Of a stretch of 64,000 nucleotides of DNA, positions 53,294 through 63,560 are shown piece by piece. A program made the position numbers and the translations under genes. The notes below the pieces were generated by a model. The model worked only from the letters and a program-made list of their open reading frames with translations, did not search any database and was not told the origin of the DNA. Position 1 is the stretch's first letter. The number at the start of each line of letters is the position of its first letter. Origin of the DNA: Candidatus Bathyarchaeota archaeon (lineage in GTDB: Archaea; Thermoproteota; Bathyarchaeia; Bathyarchaeales; Bathycorpusculaceae); the NCBI GenBank assembly GCA_963832745.1, contig CAWHVC010000002.1:64001-128000 (forward strand). The letters run 5' to 3'.

Positions 53294-53888
53294 TGAAAGC
53301 CCTCGTGAGAAACAGCTACAAATTTTTGGCTTTAAGAATTTAGTTTTAGAAGGAGAGCTCGCCAAGTTAGAGCGGTCTGGGATTGAGATCGGTCACGTCG
53401 AGACTGTTAAAGAAAAGAATGAACTTGTTGATACTGATCTATTTGAAAGCGAAATTTTGCATAAAGCTAAAACGATGGCTGACTTCTACATCCTCTATTT
53501 TAGCTTGGAAAATAGTGTTCGAAAACTAATCACCGACGTTCTCAGCGAAAAGCATGGAGCTGATTGGTGGGAAAAACGGGTTCCTGACGGAGTAAAAACA
53601 AACGTAAAAAAATTGCAGAAAGAGGAACTGCAGACTGCCATGACGATCAGATCAGATGACAATTTGGCTTACACAAACTTTGGAGAACTTATCGACATTT
53701 TCTGTCACAATTGGGCTGATTTTACTGAAATTTTAAGAAGTCAAAAGGCTGTTCGAGATACTCTTTCCCAATTTAACAACATAAGAAATGTGATAGCGCA
53801 TAGCTGTGAACTCAGCGGCGATGAGATTCAAAGGTTCAAACTTGTGATTAAGGATTGGCAGCGAATCAGCAATAATAGCGAAGCCTAA
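53286..53888 (+). CDS. Swt1-like HEPN RNase
   Basis: LENSVR, WW...VP, YTNFGEL, RNVIAH (Rx4H). Confidence 0.85.
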   Translation: MNNESPREKQLQIFGFKNLVLEGELAKLERSGIEIGHVETVKEKNELVDTDLFESEILHKAKTMADFYILYFSLENSVRKLITDVLSEKHGADWWEKRVPDGVKTNVKKLQKEELQTAMTIRSDDNLAYTNFGELIDIFCHNWADFTEILRSQKAVRDTLSQFNNIRNVIAHSCELSGDEIQRFKLVIKDWQRISNNSEA

Positions 53889-53998
53889 CGTTTCTAATTT
53901 GAGATCCGTCTCGCATCCTTTAAGAGCATCTTTTGAGAATCCTCGATTTTTTGATTTTTCAACAATGGATCGTATTTTGGTCTGGAATCGAGAATCGC

Positions 53999-54904
53999 TT
54001 AAGTCTTTTTGTCATTATCCATTTCTTCCAAGGCCTGCAAGGTCCGTTCCTTTAGCTCCTTTATTGCCGGGGAAAAGTAGTGTCTTACGAATATGCTTGG
54101 CGGGATTCTGCCACACAATAAATCGGCTTCTTGGGCTACGAGTCCGTGCCTGATCATGAAGGTGCCGTAATAGTCCCGCAGTTCGCTGGTTCGGGTTTTG
54201 ATTTTGCGTCTTTGCAATTTTTTGGTTATGGCTGCATAAGTTACCGGTTGGCTGCTCCCGATTTCGACGATAAGGCTTTCGGGTATTATGCTGATGAAGG
54301 CATTTTTTGTTCCGCGTAGAAATGTGCTTTTGTATCTGAAGTGCTCAAGGATCCCTGTTTCAGCGCTAAGGTACTCATGCAATCTTCCTTTATTTGACAG
54401 CTCGATTATCAGGTTGAAGCTTTCAATGCCCTCGCCGCATCGTAGCCCTGTCAGCTGTAAGAATTTCAACAGTAGATTCTCCTCTGGCGTCAAAATTGGC
54501 TTGACCTCGGCGAACCATTCATCCAAGTTGCTATTGGTGTTGCTGTAGATTCTAACAAAAGCGGCAAGCGCGTCTGGCTGTTCTGTTTGATTCCGTAGCT
54601 TTTCAGGGCAGCTTTGAATTGCTCGTAGCACCCGATGTATTTTGAGATTATGATCAGGCTTTTGATTGCTCCCGATCTAGTGGTTGATGGGACAGCATTG
54701 AGTTGCCCGATGTTGCCTGATTCGAGGATTTGGTAGTAGCGGTTGGCGTAGCACATTACTCTTTTTGCGGTGGTTTTTCTGTATTTGTTTTGGACGTAAT
54801 TTTTTGAATTCGGGCCAATTAAAGGCTTTAAAGCTCATTGGCTCAATGATTTGGGCGCCTTGGTAAGGTAATGGTCGCGGGTCCAAATCCCGCCGAAGGC
54901 TCCA
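53999..54904 (-). CDS. int(C): catalytic part of the SSV1-type tyrosine integrase; two frameshifts
   Basis: ORFs 54677..54907, 54490..54756 and 53999..54631; TGLRCGE, RGTK, ELRDYY, CGR...FVRHY. Confidence 0.85.
54858..54904 (+). repeat. att site: 3' 47 nt of tRNA-Thr
   Basis: ccttggtaaggtaatggtcgcgggtccaaatcccgccgaaggctcca, identical to 29490-29536. Confidence 0.95.
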
Positions 54905-54941
54905 CAATTGCCTTGGTTCTTAAAACAGTTTGATCTAAAGG

Positions 54942-55592
54942 TTATGCTTCCGATAGTATATGGTGGAGTAAGCGTTGTTCTGCTTTCCTTAAATGCTCCC
55001 CTAACGTTGAGTTTCCAATGTTAAGTTTCTCGGCAAGTTTCTCTGATTTTATTCTTCGTGGAAGGTCATAGTACCCAAGTTTGTAAGCTGCAATTAAGAC
55101 TTCTCTTTGTTTTTCAGTTAGCTTGCTAAGTGGGGAGTCGGGTGCAAAGTTTGCTTCGGTCAACGATACTACTTTATGTCGAATCCCTAAAGCAGTTATT
55201 TTATTGACCAGTTCGCCCACTTGTTGAGTGCTTCCAAGAAAGGAAATTCTTAGTTTTTCTCCGCGAATTTCAAGTGGAGGGAACAAATATCCCCTTAAGC
55301 CTAAATAATCTAGAATTGAGGATAAACTTGGTCCTCCTTTCAAGAAGACGATATAGGTTCTGCTTTTTTCTTTTTCAAGAAGTTGCGCTTCGGATAGTAA
55401 ACCTCCATCAAGTAAATCTTCGATTTTGGATGAGTCATATTTGAATTCTATTTTAGATATTACTGCGAATTGTTCAGGGTCTTGCCTTAAGAAATGTAGA
55501 AATTCTAATGATTTTATTTTTTGAAAGGACTGCATTTCTAATCCAAATTTTAAAAGCTCTTTTTCCGAGATTTCTAAAATTAAACGGCGCAT
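54942..55592 (-). CDS. HTH_10 (bacterio-opsin activator-type) regulator
   Basis: LTEKQREVL.AAYKLGYYDLPR....LAEKL.I..STL.EHLRKAE. Confidence 0.9.
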   Translation of the reverse strand: MRRLILEISEKELLKFGLEMQSFQKIKSLEFLHFLRQDPEQFAVISKIEFKYDSSKIEDLLDGGLLSEAQLLEKEKSRTYIVFLKGGPSLSSILDYLGLRGYLFPPLEIRGEKLRISFLGSTQQVGELVNKITALGIRHKVVSLTEANFAPDSPLSKLTEKQREVLIAAYKLGYYDLPRRIKSEKLAEKLNIGNSTLGEHLRKAEQRLLHHILSEA

Positions 55593-55705
55593 AAAAGAGA
55601 CTTGTTGTCTTTTGATTTAATTCTTTCGTTAAGCCGTATCCATACGGTAGAATGTTAATCTGGTGGCAAGCCAATATGTGCCTCTACTTGGAGTTAGATG
55701 ACTAA

Positions 55706-58700
55706 TTGCATAACTCATTCTTCAATTCATATAACGTCTTCATCAGAAAGCATTTTCGGTCAGTTATTATAGCCTGGATTGTCATAGTGCTGCTTTCACT
55801 CATTCTTATTCCAAGCTTCTTTTCATCCGTTTCATATGATATCATGGGAAGTGTAGGCTCCCCCCCAAACAGTGAATCACAAACAGTATCAAACATACTA
55901 AAGAGTGAATTTCCCGAAATCAACAACGAAAGCTCAAACACTATAATTATTGTCGTTCAGGGTTCACCCGTTTTTTCTGACTCCTTAAAAGATACTGTAC
56001 TCAAATTGAATGGTACTCTTTCTAAAGATAAGGCAGTCATTAATTACACTGGCGAGTCAAGCCTTTACTCGATGGAAGCAAGCCTGCTTAACGAGTCCTT
56101 GCCTGACATAATTAATCAAACAGCAAATCTTCAATCAAACATAACCTCAATCAACTCGGGATTATATTCACTGCAGGATAACCTGTCTCTATTGAGCACA
56201 AACCTGTTTCAAATGCAAGATGGCATCAACCAAACAGCTCAGCTAGTTTATGGCATACCTGCAGCATACGTCGAAGTTTGGCAAGGCGTATCGCAGCAAC
56301 TCATTGCTTTTGGTGACACCAATCCCATTGATGCAAATAATCAAGCTAACGCTACCATGTTCAGCGTAACCTCTAATTTCGGAGGCAACGCCCAATCAAT
56401 CGGATACTATACTGCTTTCTTTAACGCTTGGAATGCCAGCTACCAAATGCTTCCAGAAAACACATCCCTCTCTGACCGTGAAGCTTACGCAGTAGGCCAA
56501 GCAGTTTCAGTTTTCCTGAATAATCCACAGCTTGATGCACAGACAAGTCAAATGCTGGGTCTTGTTGCTTCAGGCTTGACTGTTACAACTTGGAATCAAC
56601 TCAACGCAATAGAAAACTTGACGATTTCAACCATGACATCAAATATACCCTCAGAACTATCCTCGTCCCTCAAAACTTCAGCGAACAAACTTGTTAATGA
56701 ACTCTACAGCTTTGGGCCGTCACCTTCAAACACGACCCTTGGAAACTATGCAATCAGCCTCTTAGAAGCATAGCTCCTCAAACACTACAACGTCAGATAT
56801 TGGCTTTTCAATTTCAGAACTGATGAACTCTGCTTATCAGCTTGGTTCAATGCCAAGCGATGCTCAAACATGGGCTCTTGCTTGCAATTTCATTTCAAAC
56901 GCCACGCAGACGGCTTTTTCTGATTCTCCGCTCTTTTACGTAAACAGTACCTCTTTAAGCAATCTTCTTTCGAGTCTCCCACAAAACGCAAGCACTGCCG
57001 ACATAAACAATGCCATTGAAAACGAGGTAATAACTCAATCTTACCTGAATTACCCGTTCATTCCACAAAGCTCATTGACTAAGAATTTTGTAAATTCAAA
57101 TAATGATACAATGCTTATCTTTCTTAGTTTATCCTCTAGTCCAGATGCTGACACTATTGCTCAAGTAAAATCTGATGTACAAGACTCTGGATTACAGAAC
57201 TTTGGAGAGGTATACGTGACTGGTGGCTCTGTTTTATCTAACGATTTCCAGATTACGTTTATGCCTGCCCTTGAGATTACACTGTTACCCGGTGTTGCTG
57301 TTTCCCTTCTAATCGTTGGCTTATTGTTTTTAGCTCCTATAGCTGCTTTAATTCCGATATTGGTAGGCGGCTGCTCTATCGTTGTTTCTCTTGCATCAAT
57401 CTACCTTGGAATTGTAGAATTAGGTCATGGAAGCCTGACTTTTCTCACTCCAGTTTTAACAATACTTTTGATGCTAGGTCTTGCTGTAGACTATGCAGTT
57501 TTGCAGCTTAAACGCACAAAAGAGGAACGCCTCCAAGGAAAATCCATCGCAGAAAGTGTTGGTATCTCAATTAGATGGGCGGGGCAGGCAGTTCTAACCG
57601 CAGGCCTAACTGTAATAATCGCTTACATAATCATGGCAGTTGTTAACGTACCCATATTTAGCCAAGTCGGAACCGCCATAGCATTAGGGGTTATAATTTT
57701 ACTTGCAGCATCACTTACCTTGTTGCCTGCACTTGAGCTTGCCCTCGGTGACAAGATTTTCTGGCCAGGACTAAAAAAGCACTCAAAAACAAGCTCAAAT
57801 AAAAAGAACATTCTAAAAAGAGTGGCAGACGGCACACTCAAAAAGAAAGTGCCTATAGTGATTATACTTAGTGTGTTATCCCTAGGCGCCCTCTTTGTAA
57901 CGTTTAACACACCATTTACAAGTGACTTCCAAAAACTTATTCCAAACTTTTCCAGCAACCAAGGAGTAACTGTTATAGCAGACAACTTTGGAAGCGGAAC
58001 ACTATATCCAACCTACATCACTGTCACAATGCCTACGGCGATCACATATGGAGACAACCAGTTTAACCAGACGCTGCTAAACCAAATCGACCAAATAACG
58101 GCTGTAGCTGCAAGTTCAAATGGCGTTGATAGCGTTGTTAGTCTAACAAGACCATATGGTGATTCATTCAATTATTCAACTATCAAGAACATGTCCGAAC
58201 CTCTGCGTTTACAGTATGAAAGTGCAATGTTTACAATGATTGGAGAAGACAATAAGACCGTTTTAATCACCGTTGGGCTTTCAGACCCTGCTATGAGTGT
58301 GGCTGCCACTAACTCCTTAGTCGGAATGGAGAAAAACATCAACAATTTATCACTCATTAATGGCGTAGTAATTCATTTTGGAGGTCAAACGCAATCAACC
58401 TATGACAGCGATTCATTCATGGCTAACTTGCTTCCAGAAATTATTGTAATCCTCTCAGCGGCAGTGTATGTGATTCTCTTTTTCCAGCTTAGATCTGCGT
58501 TTACGCCTCTTCGTCTGATAATCACAATACTTTGCAGCGTAGTTTTGGCTTTGGCTATAGTTTCCCTCATATTCTACAGTGGATTTAACTTACCAATTCT
58601 TAATTATGCACCCTTATTCGCTGTAGTAACAATGCTAGGTGTCGGAATAGACTATGACATATTTTTCCTCACTAGGATACGCGAGGAAGTGCTAAACGGC

Positions 58701-59003
58701 AAAACAGACGATGAAGCAATAAAGTCAGCTATCGACAAAGTTTGGGTAACCATCTTTGGCCTTGGACTTGTGTTAGCTGCAGTTTTCGGTTCTCTGTTTT
58801 TAACCGGAATCGTGCTCATTCAAGAACTCAGCTTGGCCATTGCTGGAGCAGTCCTAATTGACGTCACAGTAGTCATACTATTCTTTGTACCTGCACTGAT
58901 GGGAATGGCCCAGAAATTCAACTGGTGGCCATATAAACTGTCCACTGCAAACAACAAAAAAACAATGCCGAGCAAAAATTTGGATAAAGAAACTGGTGAT
59001 TGA
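55706..59003 (+). CDS. MMPL/RND-family transporter, frameshift near 56770
   Basis: VIIAWIVIV; GLAVDY and GVGIDY; two TM sets. Confidence 0.88.
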
Positions 59004-59119
59004 CGAAATCACAAAAAACCCAGTTACTTATCTAAATTTATCCTTCCTTATTATTTTTTAGAAAAGTAGAAAAAACAAAAGCATAGACCCACCAAAAGCT
59101 CAACAAATTTTGGTTTGAT

Positions 59120-59356
59120 TTATGGAGCTTTCATGTTCGGTTGAGTCTTATTAGGTCTTGGTTCTGCTTCTCTTACTGCCCCAACTAATGCAACTACTGC
59201 ATAAACCGCGCCAGCTAATCCAATTGTAAAAAACAAAATTGTACCAATTATTTGAAGCAAATTCCAGTAAACCAGGTCCTCAAGAGGTATAGCTATCCAT
59301 GGCAAGATTGCGCCAAAAAATATTGCAATATAAATTGCTAAATAAAGTGCCGCCAA
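59120..59356 (-). CDS. small membrane protein
   Basis: Two hydrophobic helices. Confidence 0.55.
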   Translation of the reverse strand: MAALYLAIYIAIFFGAILPWIAIPLEDLVYWNLLQIIGTILFFTIGLAGAVYAVVALVGAVREAEPRPNKTQPNMKAP

Positions 59357-59607
59357 CGTGATGCTGCCTATTCTTATTATTCACTTTCACCTTCCGATTT
59401 TTTAGTGAATGCACATTTAGAACACTGAATTTCTATACAGTTCAAGGAAATGACTTAATAAAAGAATTTTTACAAGACACAAATTGACAAAACCATCCCA
59501 TAGTACCCCCCTTAATTCTAAAAACCCCCGCAATTAAGCCTTAAACTGGTTTGCAATTTTAGAATAAAACATTTTTAAGCTCAAATGCTGCAAGTGGCTT
59601 GAGATCA

Positions 59608-60243
59608 ATGAAAACCAAAATCGACATTCAAACTTGGTCACGAAAAGAATATTGGGATTACTTCGGTAGCTGTGACGACCCTTTCTTTGGTATAGTTGCA
59701 AACGTGGACTGCACTGTTGCTTATGAGACCTGCAAACGGCTCGGTTACTCATTTTTTGTGTATTACATGTTTGAATCAATAAAGGCGTTTAATAATGTTG
59801 AAAATTTCCGGTACAGACTGATTGATGACGAGGTTTGGCTTTTTGACCATGTTCACGCAAGCACCACCATAGGCAGAGCTGACAACACTTTTGGTTTTGC
59901 ACTTTTCGAATACACAAAAGATTTCTCGGTCTTCCAAAAGCAGGCCCAAAAGGAAATCTCTGAAGTCCAAAAAACCCCTGGTCTAAGAGCAAACGATGGA
60001 GCCCGAATGCTTGACGTCATCCATTACACGACCATTCCATGGATTAGCTTCACCAGCCTCAAGCACGAAAAAAATATCAGCCGAAAAGAAAGCATCCCAA
60101 AAGTTGCATTCGGAAAATACTTTGAGCAAAACGGCAAAAAACTGATGCCTGTTTCTGTTAACGCCAACCACGGTTTAGTAGATGGGTACCATGTTGCCCG
60201 GTACTTGGAGCTTTTCCAAGCGGGTCTTAACAAAAAATTATAG
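59608..60243 (+). CDS. chloramphenicol acetyltransferase (CatA-like) family protein
   Basis: W.RKEY..YF, FRYR, IPWISFTS, IPKVAFGK, NHGLVDGYH. Confidence 0.88.
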   Translation: MKTKIDIQTWSRKEYWDYFGSCDDPFFGIVANVDCTVAYETCKRLGYSFFVYYMFESIKAFNNVENFRYRLIDDEVWLFDHVHASTTIGRADNTFGFALFEYTKDFSVFQKQAQKEISEVQKTPGLRANDGARMLDVIHYTTIPWISFTSLKHEKNISRKESIPKVAFGKYFEQNGKKLMPVSVNANHGLVDGYHVARYLELFQAGLNKKL

Positions 60244-60253
60244 TTTTCTTTTT

Positions 60254-61027
60254 TTAGTTTATGGCTGATAATGGTATCACGTAGGGTATGTTGTGGCTAT
60301 AGTTTATTTCTACTTGGACGTCATAGACTGCTTTGATGTTTTCAACGTTCAAGACGGATTGGGCTGTTCCGGCAGCGTATATTTTGCCTTGCTTTAGCAT
60401 GACGATTTTGTCGCAGAATCGTGCTGCAAGGTTCAAGTCGTGAATTGCCATCATGGCGGAAAGGTTCTCAGTTTTGACCAGTTGCCGTGTTAACTCCATA
60501 ACCTCTAATTGATGTTTAATGTCTAGGCTGCTTGTAGGCTCATCTAACAGCAAAACCTTTGCTTCTTGCGCTAATGCTCTTGCCATCAGAATTCTTTGCT
60601 GTTCACCACCGCTTAACTCATAAAAATTGCGCATTGCCAAATGTTCAATATCAAGCGCTTTGAGGGTGGACCAGACTTTTTCGGCGTCTTTTTCGCTGCT
60701 TTGCCATGTGACGTGTGGTCTTCTGCCCATCATGACGACTTCAAACACTGTTATTGTGTCTTGGTTGTAGGTGCTGCTTTGGGGTACGTATCCTATGTGG
60801 TTGGCGATTTGGGTTCGGCTGAGTTTTTTTATTTCTTGTTCGCCAAGTAAGATTGTGCCTTGTTTTGGTTCTAAGATTTTGTTTATGCATTTGATTAGGG
60901 TGGTTTTTCCTGAACCGTTTGGACCTATTAGGCCGAGGACTTCTGATTTGTTGAGTTGTAGGGATATGGCGTTGAGGTTTTTGGTGCTTTTGTAGCTGAA
61001 TGTGACTTGTTGTACTGCGATGTTCAT
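60254..61027 (-). CDS. ABC transporter ATP-binding protein (FepC/BtuD-like)
   Basis: GPNGSGKT, LSGGEQQR, LLLDEPT, HDLN. Confidence 0.95.
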   Translation of the reverse strand: MNIAVQQVTFSYKSTKNLNAISLQLNKSEVLGLIGPNGSGKTTLIKCINKILEPKQGTILLGEQEIKKLSRTQIANHIGYVPQSSTYNQDTITVFEVVMMGRRPHVTWQSSEKDAEKVWSTLKALDIEHLAMRNFYELSGGEQQRILMARALAQEAKVLLLDEPTSSLDIKHQLEVMELTRQLVKTENLSAMMAIHDLNLAARFCDKIVMLKQGKIYAAGTAQSVLNVENIKAVYDVQVEINYSHNIPYVIPLSAIN

Positions 61028-61066
61028 GTTGGTTCTGTTTATGTTGTGCTTGTTTGACGTATAAAG

Positions 61067-61131
61067 GTGTTACGTTTTAATAGTTTAGTAACACAACGTA
61101 TAAGTATTACTTTAATAAACAAAAGTAACAC
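61067..61131. promoter_or_regulatory. two tandem palindromic operators GT(G/A)TTAC-N14-GTAACAC (NikR-like)
   Basis: 61067-61094 and 61104-61131, between divergent ABC genes. Confidence 0.7.
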
Positions 61132-61144
61132 GTTTGTGATTTCA

Positions 61145-62683
61145 ATGAAAAAACAAATCATAATAGGCCTAACACTAATAATCATACTAATCGCTTCATT
61201 AGCCGTAGGCTACAGCCAAAACTGGTTCCAACCAACAGAAGACAACATCAACCCAACCCCCACCCCAACAGCAACCCCCACCCAAACCCCTCAAAACTCA
61301 GAAAACCCGCAAACCACAGAAACCCCAGAACCAACAAACACAGCCCAGCCAACAACAACCCCAACTCCAACACCCATACCCTCAACCATCGCTTCAATGG
61401 ATTTAGTGCTTGAAATATACGGAAACGCCAACATGGACGACAAAATAGACCAACAAGACGTAACCTACGTGAACAAAATAATCGCTGGTACAGCAACCTC
61501 AACAACTTTTGCTGACGCAAACCACGACGGCAAAGTCGACTCAAACGACATAACCCAAATAAACGCCATCATAAACGGCGACGCATCCCAAATTGTTCTG
61601 CTCGACGGTAACGGAAACCTGCTTACAGTACATCTTCCAGTTAACCGCATAATTGTCGAATACATCCAACAAGCTGAATTGGTTCGCATCCTTGAACTTG
61701 AAGACAAAGTCGTCGGCGTTGACTATTGTGTTGACAAACTAAAATCAATTTACTTCCCAGAGAATGCTGATAACATAGTCTCAGTAGGGCAAATGTACAC
61801 ACCAGATTACGAAACAGTTCTAAGCTTAAACCCTGATGTAGTGTTAACTTTCTCTAATGCACCCGCCTCTATAGCAGAAAAAGCCTCAAAACTCCCCGGC
61901 GTCGACGTGGTCTTCTTAGGTTTATACTATCCAAACGTTACTAACCCTGAAGATTCAGCGTTCCTGCAAGGAATTTTAAAAGCTGGCTACATCTTTGACC
62001 GTGTTGAACAAGCAACAGATTACGCAAACTGGCTACTCAACTTAACCAGCACCATCCGCGCCACAGCAAACACCCTAACAGAAAGCCAAAAACAAACCGT
62101 TCTATTGACAAACTACCCCTACAACCCCTCTTCAGCAATCAAAGCTTACATGACTACTGACACCTTAGGTCAAGTATGCATTCTTTCAGGCGGAGAAAAC
62201 ATTGCCTCATCCTTGCCATCTTACCTTAACTCTTCATCGGCAACTATTGATGCAGAGTGGATACTTGAACAAGACCCTGACTACATCTTCCTACATACAG
62301 TACGTTACACTTTCAGTGGAATAACCTATTCAGACCCCGCACAAGGACTAAACGTAAATGACATCACCAGCATGCAACAATGCCTGCAAGACTACATTTC
62401 ACAGTCAATGTTTGCCGACTTAACTGCAGTCAAAAACAACCACGTCTACATTATCGCAGGCGACTTCAGAAACAACGCGATGGGCGGCGTCTTAGGCGCA
62501 GTCTACTTGGCAAAGATTCTTTATCCTGACCAATTCAGCAGCTTAAACCCACAAGAAATACATCAAGAATACATAACCAATTACTTGCGCTTAGACTACA
62601 ACCTTGACAACAGCGGCGTCTTCCTTTACCCAGCATTAAACATCAACGGAGACGTTGTAGGAATCCCTAACGGAGCCACTTAA
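61145..62683 (+). CDS. ABC substrate-binding protein (Peripla_BP_2-like) with PT-rich linker and dockerin domain
   Basis: N-terminal anchor, PTPT linker, YGNANMDDKIDQQD / ADANHDGKVDSND, YETVLSLNPD, EWILEQDPD. Confidence 0.85.
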   Translation: MKKQIIIGLTLIIILIASLAVGYSQNWFQPTEDNINPTPTPTATPTQTPQNSENPQTTETPEPTNTAQPTTTPTPTPIPSTIASMDLVLEIYGNANMDDKIDQQDVTYVNKIIAGTATSTTFADANHDGKVDSNDITQINAIINGDASQIVLLDGNGNLLTVHLPVNRIIVEYIQQAELVRILELEDKVVGVDYCVDKLKSIYFPENADNIVSVGQMYTPDYETVLSLNPDVVLTFSNAPASIAEKASKLPGVDVVFLGLYYPNVTNPEDSAFLQGILKAGYIFDRVEQATDYANWLLNLTSTIRATANTLTESQKQTVLLTNYPYNPSSAIKAYMTTDTLGQVCILSGGENIASSLPSYLNSSSATIDAEWILEQDPDYIFLHTVRYTFSGITYSDPAQGLNVNDITSMQQCLQDYISQSMFADLTAVKNNHVYIIAGDFRNNAMGGVLGAVYLAKILYPDQFSSLNPQEIHQEYITNYLRLDYNLDNSGVFLYPALNINGDVVGIPNGAT

Positions 62684-62750
62684 GAATGCCAAAAACATTC
62701 TCCTTTTTCCCTTTTTCAGACAAAAAATGAACTAACCAGTTGATTTTGAC

Positions 62751-63560
62751 ATGGTTAACGTAATAAACTGGGTTGAACTGCGCAAACTGATGCTGTCAAG
62801 CACTCATAGGCTTGAATGTACTAACGCAAGCTATTGGGATAAATGCGCAAGCAACTACAATGAAAACACCCAGCAGATGAACGAATTAACACATAACCAG
62901 TTAAGCCGCATACAACTGCAGCCACAAGACACTGTTCTAGAAGTTGGTGCAGGCAACGGACGATTAACAATACCGATGGCTCAACGTGTCAAGAGGGTTA
63001 CAGCTTTAGAGCCCTCAAAAAACATGCTCAACTTTTTAAAATCAAACGCTCAAACAGCAGCTGTCCACAACATAGGCTACATCAATAAGTCATTAGAAGA
63101 TTTAACCGGTGACGATAACGTGGGCTCTTTTGATGTTGTGGTTGCTTCCTTCTCGCTTTTTATGCTTGACATTGAGAAAGCTTTAGCGAAAATGGACTCT
63201 TTTGCTTCAAAAAGTGTTTACCTTTTCCTGTCTGCTTCACGATGGCTTGAAGATGCAGAACTGCAGAAACTGGTTCATCACGAGTCCACTTCACTTTGGG
63301 CAGATTATGTTTACATTTACAATGTTTTGTATGATTTAGAAATTACAGCAAACGTGGACATTTGGTCTCATACTTCCAAACAAGGGTATAACAGTTTAGA
63401 AGAAGCGGTTTCCCGTTTTACAGAAGTTTACAGTATATCCCCCACTAAAGAAGATTCTTTAAAATTATACCTTCAAAAAAATCTTGTGAAAGAGCACGGG
63501 AAATTTTGGTTCATTCGTAAAAGAAAGGCGGCTATGTTATGGTGGACAAAACCCCAATAA
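62751..63560 (+). CDS. class I SAM-dependent methyltransferase
   Basis: VLEVGAGNG, ALEPS..ML, FDVVVAS. Confidence 0.9.
   Translation: MVNVINWVELRKLMLSSTHRLECTNASYWDKCASNYNENTQQMNELTHNQLSRIQLQPQDTVLEVGAGNGRLTIPMAQRVKRVTALEPSKNMLNFLKSNAQTAAVHNIGYINKSLEDLTGDDNVGSFDVVVASFSLFMLDIEKALAKMDSFASKSVYLFLSASRWLEDAELQKLVHHESTSLWADYVYIYNVLYDLEITANVDIWSHTSKQGYNSLEEAVSRFTEVYSISPTKEDSLKLYLQKNLVKEHGKFWFIRKRKAAMLWWTKPQ

Larger units (their letters stand above)
29490..54904. mobile_element. Integrated element 2 (~25.4 kb) in tRNA-Thr, SSV1-type split integrase
   Basis: Exact 47-bp direct repeat at 29490-29536 and 54858-54904; integrase halves at both ends. Confidence 0.92.

Noticed and set aside
29537-54857. 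Provirus call for element 2
   Set aside because: No capsid, terminase or packaging ATPase recognised
56771-56773. TAG read-through in the MMPL gene
   Set aside because: The downstream ORF is in a different frame (49-nt gap), so this is a frameshift
61245-61385. C/A-rich tandem-like repeat
   Set aside because: Encodes the Pro/Thr linker of the substrate-binding protein
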